In this document: piece by piece, positions 36,771 to 46,918 of the stretch
Position numbering within the stretch: the first letter of the stretch is position 1
How the letters are laid out: each line of letters begins with the position of its first letter
Source of the DNA: an uncultured Candidatus Rokubacteria bacterium
GTDB taxonomy: Bacteria > Methylomirabilota > Methylomirabilia > Rokubacteriales > DASRDR01
Direction: 5' to 3'
Assembly (NCBI GenBank): GCA_963826115.1
Contig: CAWGVS010000005.1
Coordinates: forward strand, 224,001 to 288,000
DNA: 64,000 nt
Position numbers and translations under genes: made by a program
The notes under the pieces: model-generated
The model's database searches: none
The model's input: only the letters and a program-made list of their open reading frames with translations
Told to the model about the DNA's origin: nothing

Positions 36771-38222
36771 ATGAGCACGCAAGTGCGTCGCCGAGGCTAC
36801 ATCGCGGCAGGCCTCGCCACGCTGACGGGGGCGGCCCTGCTGGCCATGATCCCGCAGCTCGGCTTCGGCCGGACGGGCCCGGACACGCTCTGGAGCGACG
36901 AGGCCCCGAAGGTCGCGAGCCAGCCCGTCACGGCTCCCGACTGGGTGAGTCTGGCCAAGGTGCTCAAGCCCGCCGTCGTCAACGTCAGCACGAAGAAGGT
37001 CGAGTCCGGCCCGTCGCTTCCGAAGGGCCTGGACCCGGACGATCCGTTCGCGCAGTTCTTCAAGCAGTTCGAGCGGAAGCCCCACGCCGTGCGGAGCCTC
37101 GGCTCGGGCTTCGTCATCCGCGCCGACGGCTATATCGTCTCGAACAACCACGTGGTGGACGGGGCCAGCGAGATCCGCGTCCGGCTGTCCGACGGACGTG
37201 AGCTGCCCGCCAAGGTGCTTGGCCGCGACCCGAAGACCGATCTCGTACTCCTGAAGATCGAGGCCACCGGCCTGCCGACGATCCCCGTCGGCGACTCGGG
37301 GACCCTCGAGGTCGGCGAGCCGGTCATGGCCATCGGGAACCCCTTCGGGCTCGAGCAGACCGTGACGACGGGTATCGTGAGCGGGACCGGCCGCGTCATC
37401 GGCGGCGGCCCCTACGACGACTTCATCCAGACCGACACGTCGATCAACCCCGGAAACAGCGGCGGCCCGCTGATCAACGGGCGCGGCCAGGCGGTCGGCA
37501 TCAACGCCGCGATCTTCAGCCAGACCGGCGGCTCCATCGGGATCGGGTTCGCGATCCCCGTGAACCTCGCCAAGCCGGTCCTCACGCAGCTGGCGGCCGA
37601 CGGCCACGTGACGCGTGGATGGCTCGGGGTCTCGATCCAGCCGGTGACGTCGGATCTGGCCAAGAGCCTGAAGCTCAACGAGACCACCGGCGCGCTGGTC
37701 TCGAGCGTGACGGACGGCTCGCCCGCCGAGAAGGCCGGTCTCAAGGCCGGCGACGTGATCGTCGAGTTCAACGGCGAGAAGGTGGCCCGCGCGGACCGGC
37801 TGCCTAGCTTCGTGGCGATGACGCCGATCGGGCGAGAGGTTCCGATGTCCGTGATCCGGGACGGGAAGCCCCTCCGACTGACCGCCAAGGTGGGGGAGCA
37901 GGTCGAGGCCAAGGAAGCCGCGGCCAAGCCCGAGAAGGCCGAGGCCCGGCTGGGCCTCACGGTCGAGCCGATCACGCCGCGCCTGGCCGAGGAGCTGAAG
38001 CTCCGCGACAAGGCCGGCCTCGTCGTTCGCGGCGTCGACGACGCGAGCCCCGCGGCCGACGCGGGCATCCAGGCGGGGGACGTCATCGTGGAGGTGAATC
38101 GGCAGCCGGTCCGCAGCGCGGCCGACATGCACCACCAGCTCGACAACAACGCGAAGGGCACGCCCGTCCTGCTGCTCGTTCATCGCGGCGCGGGCAGCCT
38201 CTTCGTGACCGTGACCGCGTAG
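36771..38222 (+). CDS. degQ: HtrA/DegQ serine protease with two PDZ domains
   Basis: SLGSGF, NNHVV, DLVLLK, INPGNSGGPL, two PDZ domains. Confidence 0.93.
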   Translation: MSTQVRRRGYIAAGLATLTGAALLAMIPQLGFGRTGPDTLWSDEAPKVASQPVTAPDWVSLAKVLKPAVVNVSTKKVESGPSLPKGLDPDDPFAQFFKQFERKPHAVRSLGSGFVIRADGYIVSNNHVVDGASEIRVRLSDGRELPAKVLGRDPKTDLVLLKIEATGLPTIPVGDSGTLEVGEPVMAIGNPFGLEQTVTTGIVSGTGRVIGGGPYDDFIQTDTSINPGNSGGPLINGRGQAVGINAAIFSQTGGSIGIGFAIPVNLAKPVLTQLAADGHVTRGWLGVSIQPVTSDLAKSLKLNETTGALVSSVTDGSPAEKAGLKAGDVIVEFNGEKVARADRLPSFVAMTPIGREVPMSVIRDGKPLRLTAKVGEQVEAKEAAAKPEKAEARLGLTVEPITPRLAEELKLRDKAGLVVRGVDDASPAADAGIQAGDVIVEVNRQPVRSAADMHHQLDNNAKGTPVLLLVHRGAGSLFVTVTA

Positions 38223-38241
38223 TTCCTTCCAGTCCGGCGGG

Positions 38242-38276
38242 GGATTCCGTGCCGCCATCGCGGCGGCGCGGAATCC
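38242..38276. terminator. GC-rich hairpin between convergent genes
   Basis: GGATTCCGTGCCGCC-atcgc-GGCGGCGCGGAATCC (15-bp stem with one G-U pair); no clear U-tract. Confidence 0.55.
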
Positions 38277-38322
38277 TCGGCGCCGACCCTCTGTTCCGAG
38301 TCGTGCGCCTGGGGATGCGAGC

Positions 38323-39496
38323 CTAGGGTCGCGCTTCGTCGGTGTACGGCGCCTGGCGGGCCAGCTCCGCGATGAACTTGTCGGCGGCCGCGGCCCCGGC
38401 GTACGTGTCCACGCCCAGCAGCGCGTCGTAGCAGGGCAGTCGCGCCGTGAGCTTGGCGGCGCGGCGCTGGAGCACGGCTTCATCGACCGAGACCTCGCCG
38501 TCCGGGCTCGAGAAGGCCTCGGACACCTGTCCGGCGAACTCGGCCGTGAACCAGGCCGCGCGGAGCCGCTGGGCGGCGGTTCCGGCGTCAAGCGGCGCGA
38601 GCCGGATTCCGGAGACCGCGTCGCTCACGCGCGGGAACACCAGCATCCACGCGTCGGCCCCGGACAGCGGAGTCGTGCCCGCCACCTCGCAGAGCTGCGC
38701 CGGCGTGAGCCTGGCCGCCCCGTCACCGGCGGGCTTGCCGGGCCGCGCGCCCGGCGGGTCGCCCTCGGCCAGCGTCCGCGTGTGCTGATAGGCGCGGGTC
38801 TGGATGCGCTCGGCCATGGCCGGGAACGTCGCCAGCGTCGATGGTCGCAGCTTGACGACAGTCGGCATGCCGCGGAGGCGAAGGCGGCCGTCTTCCCGGT
38901 GGAGCAGCACTCGGTCGTTCGCGACGAACGCCGTCCCGGCCGCCTGCAGCGCGTGAAGCAAGAGCGTCGTCTTCCCGGCCCGCTTGGGTCCGGCCAGCAC
39001 CACGCCGCGCGCATCGACGGCAAAGGCGGCCCCGTGCACGAGGAGGCCGTCACCCCGGTGGCAGGCGACCATCGCCATCTCGCGGACGACCCGCATGAGG
39101 GCCGATCGGACGAGACGCGGCCGCGGGGGGACGAGGATCCCGACGTGCCCGCTGCGGCGATCGATCAGGTAGAAGGCTTGGTAGTCCGTGTCGAAGAGAA
39201 TCCGCTCGTCGGGCCCGCTGCCGGTCCATTCCGGATGGCGCACGATCCGTCCGTCGAGCGCGAAGCACGGCACCGGGGGTGCGTCCGGGCTGGGACCGCG
39301 CGCGAGCAACGCGGCGTGCTTCCTGGCGTCCGTGTCGACGACCACCCAGCGGTCGCTCCCGTCGGGGGCGCTCGCCTCGAAGGCGGGGGTCAGGAACTCC
39401 TGGAGCCAGGCGACGATGCGAGGGCTCGGAGCTGGCCACGCCCACCGTCAGGCGACCGTACCGGAAGCCCTGGCGGGCGATGGACGAGGGATCCAT
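38323..39496 (-). CDS. HPr-kinase-related P-loop protein, with an apparent +1 frameshift near 39415
   Basis: VHGAAFAVDARGVVLAGPKRAGKTT...FVANDR; N-terminus MDPSSIARQGFRYG joins VAWLQEFLTPAF if one base is removed. Confidence 0.65.
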
Positions 39497-39513
39497 GGCC
39501 CGGGGCCCGCCGG

Positions 39514-40381
39514 TCACCGGGAGGGGAGCCACCGGCCGGCTACCGGGGAGCCTTCGAGGAACGCGTGGAGAGGCATCCAGGGCGTCCGACGCTCGCCCGG
39601 TACCCGCCTTGAGATGGAAGTGCGCCGCGTCCACGAGCACGGCGAGCGCCCAGAAGGAGAAGTGCGCCAGGTAGGCCGCCGGGCTCCGGTGCTCCGCGTA
39701 TCCATCGAGGAATGCCGTCGCCGTCGAATCGGCCATGGGCCAGCGGTACCAAGTCCGGGCCAGGTCGAAGTCGAGGATTCCGATCCGCAGGGTCTCGTTG
39801 TCGATGACGTGAGGGCGGCCTCCCGCGTCGCGGACGAGGTTCTCGCCGCAGAAGTCGTGGTGGACCACGCCGATCTCGGCGTCGGCGGGAGCGTGATCGC
39901 CGGCGAGGGCGACCGCGCGCAGCCGTGAGGCGGCCGACAGCGCCCCCAAGCCCTCGAGCGCCTCGGCCTGTCGCCGGAGGAGCTTCAGCCGTACCCCGCG
40001 CCGCGCCCTCCACGGCACCGCGAGGGCCGGACGCGGCACGCGGTGGAGCGCCCCGAGAACCTGGCCGCATCGCCGGGCGAAGGCCGGATCCACGTCGAGC
40101 TCGCCGAGCGGCTCCCCTGGGCGCCATTCCTCGATGAGGGCCGCGCCGGCCTGCGCGATCACGGCCGGAAAGTTCCGGCGGTCCACGAGCGCCAGGATGG
40201 TCGTGACGAGCGTTGTCTGGGCGGCGCTCGGCAAGCGCCGTCCCTTGAGGATGCGGCCGTCCGCCAGCTCCAGCCGGAACGAGGCATGCTCCACGGCCGG
40301 TCCCCACAACCTCGTGAGCGTCACGATGCGGCGGGTCGGGACGGCGAGCGCGGCCACGAGGCGCTCGAGGTCCGGACCCAT
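39514..40381 (-). CDS. APH/choline-kinase-like phosphotransferase (C-terminal frameshift near 39571; start could be 40492)
   Basis: HHDFCGENL (HxDxxxxN), VIDNE, FDLARTW. Confidence 0.75.
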
Positions 40382-40656
40382 CGAACCAGCGCCCGCCGTC
40401 CCGACGGCCGCGCGCGGTTCGGGTGCTTCGGCCACTCTGCGCGCCCTCCTCTCCGCCCGGCCCGAACGGACCTGAGTGTCCCGGCGAGGCATCGATTCTC
40501 GCATGATGCCCGCTGTCGACAAACGGTTCGGCTGGCGGACGACGCCCTGATGGGGCGCGTGTCGAACGAGAGGGCGCACGGCTTGACGGTTTCGCGACCA
40601 TCGACGAAGATTTCGCGGAGGGCACGGGCCGCACCGACGGGCCCGTGCGGGCCACC

Positions 40657-41403
40657 ATGTACGCGCAGACGAACATCCAGCTCTACCAGCAGCTTCGATC
40701 CGATGGCCACTCGAGCTCGGAGCTGGCGGTGGTCGCTGCCGCGTACCGATCGGCCTCTCGGCTGTATGCTGGACGCTTCCTGGCGTCCGGCCGAGTGTTC
40801 ATTGCGCACGTCGTGGGTGTGGCAGGCATTCTCGGAACCCTCCGTCTTCCGATCGGCGTCGTGGCTGCCGGTCTCGTTCACAACGCCTACGGCACCGGCG
40901 ATTTCGGGCCCGGGCGGTCCGGGACGTCGGACAGACCGCGCCGGTTCCTCCGGCAGGCGGTGGGTGAGGACGTCGAGAGCTACGTCTTCGGCTTCCGCAA
41001 CCACCCATGGACCAGGCGTGCCATCGAAGGGGCCCTCGCCGACCCCGGCCGGTTGAATTCCATGGAGCGGATGGTCCTCCTGATGAGGCTGGCCGACGTC
41101 CTGGAGCACCATCGGGATCTCGACTTGCTGCACGGGGGCGACGCCGAGGCGCGCCGGGAGCGGATCCGGCGCGATGGATCTCTCCGGACCGAGCTGGCGC
41201 GCACGCTGGGTTTTCCAGAGCTCGCTTCCGAGCTCGACAGGGTGTTCGAGGAGACCCTCTCGTCCGAGTTGCCTCGCGAGCTGATCAGGGGCGACTCCCC
41301 GAGCGCGGGGTTTGTCCTCGCACCGCGCTCCTACCGGAGACGCTGGTCGGTGCGTCGCGCTCTGGCCTCGGTTATCGAGGCCCGAGACAGGAGCCGCTCG
41401 TGA
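40657..41403 (+). CDS. HD-like (DUF6817-like) protein, paralog 1
   Basis: YAQTNIQLY, SGRVFIAHVVGVAGIL, AAGLVHNAY, RLADVLE. Confidence 0.65.
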   Translation: MYAQTNIQLYQQLRSDGHSSSELAVVAAAYRSASRLYAGRFLASGRVFIAHVVGVAGILGTLRLPIGVVAAGLVHNAYGTGDFGPGRSGTSDRPRRFLRQAVGEDVESYVFGFRNHPWTRRAIEGALADPGRLNSMERMVLLMRLADVLEHHRDLDLLHGGDAEARRERIRRDGSLRTELARTLGFPELASELDRVFEETLSSELPRELIRGDSPSAGFVLAPRSYRRRWSVRRALASVIEARDRSRS

Positions 41404-42281
41404 CGGCGCCGCCGAGCGGGTACGCACAGACAAACGTGCAGCTGTACCGGCAGATGCAGGCCGAGGGCTACACCGGGGCGGAGCTGGCGCGAGTCCGCCG
41501 CGCGTACGAGCTTGTGATGGTCCTGTTCACGGCGACCTACCGTCCCTCGGGCAAGCCGAACATCGACCATCTCGTCGGTACCGCCAGTATCCTGAGTCGT
41601 CTCCATGCGCCGGTGGAGCTCGTGCTGGCCGGCCTCCTCCACTCGGTCTACCAAGACGGAGACTTCGGCGGGCCGGTCCCCGGCATCACCCGGCGGAAGC
41701 GCGAGATCGTCACGGGCGCCGTCGGCCCCGACGCCGAGATGCTCGTCGCCCGGTACGCCGTCATGCGGTCGGATGTCGCTGACCTCTCGGTCTTCCGGGC
41801 CGAGATCCCGGCTCTGGATCGAATAGGTCGACATGTGGTAGTGCTCCGCCTGGCGGACGTGCTGGAGGACCATCTGGACCAGGGCGTTCTGTACTGCTCG
41901 AATGCGACGGGCCGCCAAAGGTCCAGTCGGCGGATGCGCCCGGAGCTGGTGGCGATGGCGGAGGAGCTGGGCGTCCCCGTCCTGGCTCGTGAGCTCGACC
42001 GGACACTGGCCGCCGTCGCGTCTGCCGGCGTTCCCGCCGAGCTCTGCGGGGCGCCAGGGCGGAACAGAGTCTTTCGCGTATCGCTCCCGTCCTATCGGCC
42101 CCGTCTGTCGGTGATGCTGGGCCGGGCCCTGATTCAGGGCGGTCGGCACGTGCGGTCGCGGCTGCGCGGGGGACTCGGTCGCGTGGGCCGCTGGCGTCGA
42201 TCCCGATCCGACGGGCGTCCGGCGCCGCTCGGGAGCACCGAAGCCGCGCGGCCGTTCGACGGCGGTGGCCACTCGCGCTAG
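41400..42281 (+). CDS. HD-like (DUF6817-like) protein, paralog 2
   Basis: YAQTNVQLY, RPSGKPNIDHLVGTASIL, AGLLHSVY, RLADVLE; GTG overlaps the paralog 1 stop. Confidence 0.65.
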   Translation: MTAPPSGYAQTNVQLYRQMQAEGYTGAELARVRRAYELVMVLFTATYRPSGKPNIDHLVGTASILSRLHAPVELVLAGLLHSVYQDGDFGGPVPGITRRKREIVTGAVGPDAEMLVARYAVMRSDVADLSVFRAEIPALDRIGRHVVVLRLADVLEDHLDQGVLYCSNATGRQRSSRRMRPELVAMAEELGVPVLARELDRTLAAVASAGVPAELCGAPGRNRVFRVSLPSYRPRLSVMLGRALIQGGRHVRSRLRGGLGRVGRWRRSRSDGRPAPLGSTEAARPFDGGGHSR

Positions 42282-42292
42282 CCGAGCGCCAC

Positions 42293-43216
42293 GTGCTCTG
42301 GGCGATCACCTCGTACTTCAACCCGGCCGGATACCGCCGTCGGCTGGAGAATTTCCGGGAGTTCCGCCGCCGCCTCGCCGTACCGTTGCTCGCCGTGGAG
42401 CTCCGGTACGACACGGGATTCGATCTGAAAGACGGTGATGCGGACATGCTCGTGCGCCTGCCGGGACGAGACGTCCTCTGGCAGAAGGAGCGGCTCCTCA
42501 ACGTGGCGCTCGAGCGCCTTCCAGGCGAGTGCACGCTGGTGGCGAGCGTCGACTGTGACGTCATCTTCGAGCGCGAGGATTGGGCGACGGACGTGCGCGC
42601 GCGATTGGAGCGCTTCCCGGTCGTCCAGCTGTTTACGCGCGTCCACCATCTCCGTCGCGAGTGGATCTCCGGGGACGCGCCGCGGGACGCGGTGCTCTTC
42701 GCGCAGGAGGGGTCGGCGAGCGCCATCGGACGCGGGCAGGATCTCGTGACGGTTCTGGGCACCACCACCGAGCGCCATGCCGGTGTCACGGTGAGCGGCC
42801 TCGGCTGGGCCTACCGGCGGGAGACGCTTGCGCGGCACGGCTTCTACGACGCGTGCATCGTCGGCGGCGGCGATACGGCCATGATCTGCGCGGCGCTCGG
42901 GCGGCCGGACATCGCGGTGGGTGTCCACGCCATGAACGCATCGCAGGAAGCTCGGTACCGGGTATGGGCGAGCGAGTTCCACCGCACCGTTGCTGGCCGG
43001 ATCGGCTGCCTTGACGGCGATCTCTTCCACCTGTGGCACGGCCGACTCGAGGATCGCCGGGCCCGCCAGCGTCACCTCGGCCTGGCGCCCTTCCGTTTCG
43101 ACCCCCGGCGCGACATCGCGCTCGACGGCGCCGGCTCCTGGCGATGGAGCTCGGACAAGCCCGGGCTCCATGCCTACGTGCGGGACTACTTCACCGCGCG
43201 CCGCGAGGACGCCTGA
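42293..43216 (+). CDS. Putative GT-A fold glycosyltransferase-like protein
   Basis: WQKERLLNVAL, DCD motif, GGGD, HLWHG. Confidence 0.55.
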   Translation: MLWAITSYFNPAGYRRRLENFREFRRRLAVPLLAVELRYDTGFDLKDGDADMLVRLPGRDVLWQKERLLNVALERLPGECTLVASVDCDVIFEREDWATDVRARLERFPVVQLFTRVHHLRREWISGDAPRDAVLFAQEGSASAIGRGQDLVTVLGTTTERHAGVTVSGLGWAYRRETLARHGFYDACIVGGGDTAMICAALGRPDIAVGVHAMNASQEARYRVWASEFHRTVAGRIGCLDGDLFHLWHGRLEDRRARQRHLGLAPFRFDPRRDIALDGAGSWRWSSDKPGLHAYVRDYFTARREDA

Positions 43217-43258
43217 GCTGGACCCTCACGGGGCGCGGTCTCCACCCGACCGGCAGGG

Positions 43259-44107
43259 CTACGGCGTGGCGCCAGGGACGAGCACGCGGGGGACTTCCCG
43301 GCCGAACACGGCGAGCTCCGAGAAGGTGCTGACCGGAGTGCCGACGAAGGCGTGGGTCGAGCGCAGGAGCCAGAGGTCGACCAGCGCGTCCTGGATGGCG
43401 TCCGGCGTCCGCCGATCCAGCGTGCGCGGCTCGGTCTGGACGACCCGCGCCCCGTAGCGCTTCCCGAGGGTCTCGCGCACGCCCTCGTACGGGGTCGGCC
43501 CAGCCCTCGGGTCGCCGGCGCCGTCGTCCGTCGCCAGCAGAATGCCGGCATCCGGCATGTCCGCCAGGAACCGATCCACGGCGGCCATCGCCGCGGTGGT
43601 GTTCCCGCAGAGCTCCGGGCGGCGGTTGTGATAGTCGCCCCGACGGAGGTGGAGGCCGATCATGGTCGCGCGGAAGTGGCGCGCGCGAAACTCCCGCACG
43701 CGGTCCGCGAGCTCGGGCAGAGGCTCGAGCCGCGTCAGGATCCCGGCGCATCGGGCGTGAAGTGGCGCGTGCTCCGGATACATCCACGGACGGAGCAGCC
43801 AGTACGAGTGGCCGAGCACGATCTCCGGTCGTGGGTCGTTGAAGAGATCGGGAAGCGGCAGGTGGCGATCACGGATGTTGAGACTCCACAGGGAGCGCTC
43901 GAGCCCGGCGACGTCGGTCACCGGCCAGCCGCTTTCGAACAGCTGATGAAACCCGGCGGCGCATGCCGGCGTCCGCGGCCACAGCATCGTGAAGGCCCGG
44001 CCACTCGCCTCGGCGACGATGACGCCCGAGGCGAGGACCATGAGACGGTTGCACAGCCCGCCGCCGCAGAAGACCGTGAGCGTCGGCCGTGGATGCCCGC
44101 CGGACAT
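43259..44107 (-). CDS. Fucosyltransferase-like (NodZ/GT23/O-FucT) protein
   Basis: GGLCNRL, GLHLRRGD, LATDD, DLWLL...FVGTPVSTFS. Confidence 0.75.
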   Translation of the reverse strand: MSGGHPRPTLTVFCGGGLCNRLMVLASGVIVAEASGRAFTMLWPRTPACAAGFHQLFESGWPVTDVAGLERSLWSLNIRDRHLPLPDLFNDPRPEIVLGHSYWLLRPWMYPEHAPLHARCAGILTRLEPLPELADRVREFRARHFRATMIGLHLRRGDYHNRRPELCGNTTAAMAAVDRFLADMPDAGILLATDDGAGDPRAGPTPYEGVRETLGKRYGARVVQTEPRTLDRRTPDAIQDALVDLWLLRSTHAFVGTPVSTFSELAVFGREVPRVLVPGATP

Positions 44108-44276
44108 TGGCGCCCGCCATGATAGCGTACTGCGGAGCGGGTTCCTGGGCTGCTCTGCTGGATTCGCGCGTGATTCACCGGCCGTTCCGGTCTCGAGCCG
44201 GCTCGGGCCCGTGGTAGGGTAGTCGCCGGCCCGTACCGGGGCGGCCGGCGGCGGGTCGACGCGGACCACGATCATC

Positions 44277-45278
44277 ATGTGGGGGTTCGAGGAGAGAGTG
44301 GCGACGGGCACGGGCACTGAGCCGGGCCTCTCGCTCCCTCTGGTATCGGTCGTGGTGCCCGTCCTGCACGATCCTCCCGGCATCCAGGAGTGTCTGCGGG
44401 CGCTGTCCCGCCAGACGTATCCGCAGGAACGGTTCGAGATCATCGTGGCGGACAACGGCTCCATGGATGGCACCCGGGCCGTCCTCGAGGGCTTTCGTGG
44501 CGTGATGGGCTCCCGTCTCACGGTGGTGGTGGAGGACCGCGTCCGGACCTCCTATGCCGCCCGGAACTGCGGGGTTCGCGCCGCCCGGGGCGAGATCCTG
44601 GCCTTCACCGACGCGGATTGCGTGCCCACGGCCGGCTGGCTCGAGGGGGGCGTTCGCGCCCTCCGGGCCGGAGCCGAGTACGCGGGCGGACGGATCGTGG
44701 TCACCTATCGGGGGTCCCGGCCGAACGGCTACGAGTACTGGGACTCCGCGACGCGCTTCAACCAGCAGGCGTACGTGGGGCGACACTACGCGGCGACCGC
44801 GAACCTGTTCGTTTACGCCAGCGTGCTCGCGCGTCACGGTGGATTCCGTTCCGAGCTGGTCTCGGGAGGCGACCGTGAGCTCGGAGTCCGGCTGTGGAAG
44901 GCGGGCGAGCGCCTCGTGTATGCTCCGGACGCCGTCGTGACGCATCCCGCCCGCTCCACCTTGCGGAGTGTCTTCCGGAAGAGTCTGAGACTGGCCCGGG
45001 CCCAGCGCCGCCTGCACCAGCTCGGGGTGGCCAAGCCCTGGGAATGCGGGCGCAAGCTGAGGAGGTCCATGTGGCGCTGTCCGGTCCCTCGGGACTGGAC
45101 CGGCCGACCTCCGCTCCACGTCATCATCGCGGCGCGGCTGCTTCATCATGGCAACGCGTGGGTGCTGGCCACGGTGTGCGTCACGCACGGCCTCCAGGGG
45201 TGGTTGCGTCTCGGGCGCCCGATCCGACAGTCTCCTCCGGCGCTGAGTCCGAGAACAGGGTCGCCACCCGGGCCCTGA
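44277..45278 (+). CDS. Glycosyltransferase family 2
   Basis: VSVVVPV, ADNGSMD, AARNCG, FTDAD, GGDREL. Confidence 0.88.
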   Translation: MWGFEERVATGTGTEPGLSLPLVSVVVPVLHDPPGIQECLRALSRQTYPQERFEIIVADNGSMDGTRAVLEGFRGVMGSRLTVVVEDRVRTSYAARNCGVRAARGEILAFTDADCVPTAGWLEGGVRALRAGAEYAGGRIVVTYRGSRPNGYEYWDSATRFNQQAYVGRHYAATANLFVYASVLARHGGFRSELVSGGDRELGVRLWKAGERLVYAPDAVVTHPARSTLRSVFRKSLRLARAQRRLHQLGVAKPWECGRKLRRSMWRCPVPRDWTGRPPLHVIIAARLLHHGNAWVLATVCVTHGLQGWLRLGRPIRQSPPALSPRTGSPPGP

Positions 45279-45300
45279 GTCCCCGCGGCTCCGAGGCAGC

Positions 45301-46317
45301 GTGATGCTTCGGGTTCCCGCGGCCCGGGCGTACGATAGCCGCCGGGATGAGCCGCGTCTCTCTTTCCGATCCCGGACCTTCGGCGTGAGGGGACGCCCGT
45401 GCTTTCTCAAGCCCCGCGGGCTCGCCCCCGGGGACCGCGTCGCCGTGGTCGCCCCCGCCGGCCCCCTCGATCGCGAGGCCATGGACGCCGGTCTCCGGAT
45501 CCTGGGAGAGCGGTACAGCGTGTCGTGGGACCCGGCGCTCCTGAGCCGCGTGCGATACCTGGCGGGTGACGACGCGCGGCGAGGCAACGAGCTCGCCGCG
45601 GCCCTGGCCGACCCCGCGGTCCGGGGCGTCGTCGCCGCGCGGGGTGGCTACGGCGCCATGCGGATCCTGCCGCGCGTGTGGCCGCGCGCCGACGGCGGGC
45701 CGTCGAGTCCTGGTCCCGCCAAGCCGCTCGTGGGATTCTCGGACATCACCGCGCTCCACGCAGCCCTCCAGGCCGCGGGTCGCGTGAGCGTGCACGGGCC
45801 AGTGGTGACCCAGCTCGGGACCCAGCCCGCGGCGGTCGTCGAGCGCTTCTTCGCCCTCCTCGAGGACGCGACGGCGCCGCCCGCGCCAATCCAGGGCACG
45901 CCGGTTGTCGGCGGGATCGCCGAGGGGCCGATTCTCGGAGGGAACCTCTCGGTCCTCACGCGGCTCCTCGGGACTCCATGGCTTCCCGACCTCGACGGCG
46001 CGGTGCTGCTCCTGGAGGACGTGGGGGAGCAGCCGTACCGGATCGACCGCATGTGGACCCACCTCCGGCTGGCAGGCGTCCTCGACCGCGTGGCGGGAGT
46101 GGCGCTCGGCGATTTCACGGACTGCGAGACGCCGGGCGCGGAGTTCACCCTCCGCGACGTCCTCTGGGGCCTGGCGGCGGAGACGGGTCTGCCGTGCGTC
46201 GGTGGGCTGCCCGTCGGTCACGGCGCGGTGAACGTGCCCGTTGCGCTCGGGACGCGGGTGCGTCTTGACGGGGGTGCCGGCGCGCTGTCGTTCCTGGAGC
46301 CCGCCGTCGCGGGCTGA
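45301..46317 (+). CDS. ldcA: LD-carboxypeptidase (peptidase S66); start uncertain
   Basis: RGGYGA, GFSDIT, GGNL, LEDVGE, VGHG. Confidence 0.88.
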   Translation: MMLRVPAARAYDSRRDEPRLSFRSRTFGVRGRPCFLKPRGLAPGDRVAVVAPAGPLDREAMDAGLRILGERYSVSWDPALLSRVRYLAGDDARRGNELAAALADPAVRGVVAARGGYGAMRILPRVWPRADGGPSSPGPAKPLVGFSDITALHAALQAAGRVSVHGPVVTQLGTQPAAVVERFFALLEDATAPPAPIQGTPVVGGIAEGPILGGNLSVLTRLLGTPWLPDLDGAVLLLEDVGEQPYRIDRMWTHLRLAGVLDRVAGVALGDFTDCETPGAEFTLRDVLWGLAAETGLPCVGGLPVGHGAVNVPVALGTRVRLDGGAGALSFLEPAVAG

Positions 46318-46341
46318 CCGGCGGCCCGCTCGGGTTGCCGA

Positions 46342-46642
46342 TCAGTCCAGGTAGAGGCCGATCAGTCCCTTGGCGCGGACCGACTCCGCGTCGGTCTGCG
46401 TGTCGAGCCGCGCGCGCTCCTTCTCGAGGTAGGCGCGCGACTGCGGCGTGCCGAGGTCGCCGATGGCCTTCAGCGCCGTCGCGCGGTCCTCGAAGTCACT
46501 CTTGGCATTCTCGGCTTGCTTGGCCCAGGAGGTCGAAGTGCTGCTCGGCGCGCAGGATGCCGAGGGCGGACAGGGCCGCGCGCATGAGGAACGCCTCCCG
46601 CCGATCCGGTGCCACGAAGATCCGTCCCGACACGATGATCAT
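46342..46642 (-). pseudogene. Chimeric remnant: ABM-monooxygenase-like N-terminus joined to a HEAT-like C-terminal fragment, with a frameshift
   Basis: MIIVSGRIFVAPDRREAFL / MRAALSALGILRAEQHFDLL / +1 shift / AKQAENAKSDFEDRATALKAIGDLGTPQSRAYL...LYLD*. Confidence 0.4.
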
Positions 46643-46918
46643 CTCGCACCCGCCATCCGGCCTGAAGCTTCCCCGCCTGGGCGGGGCATGCGTCACCCGA
46701 TAGCCTCCCGGAGGACCCCGCAATCGACATCCGACCCGGACCGGACAGCCCGGCCAGCCTTTCCGGGCGTCGGGCCCTCCTTCCGGCGCGCATGGCCGCC
46801 AGGGCCGCTGGCGCGCCGGCGCGTCCATGGGTAAGAATGTCGTGCGACCGTGGCCGTCACCCTCTCGGACGACCGATCATCCGACCGGGCTCCCGGGAAA
46901 CCGGGCAGGGAGGAATCC

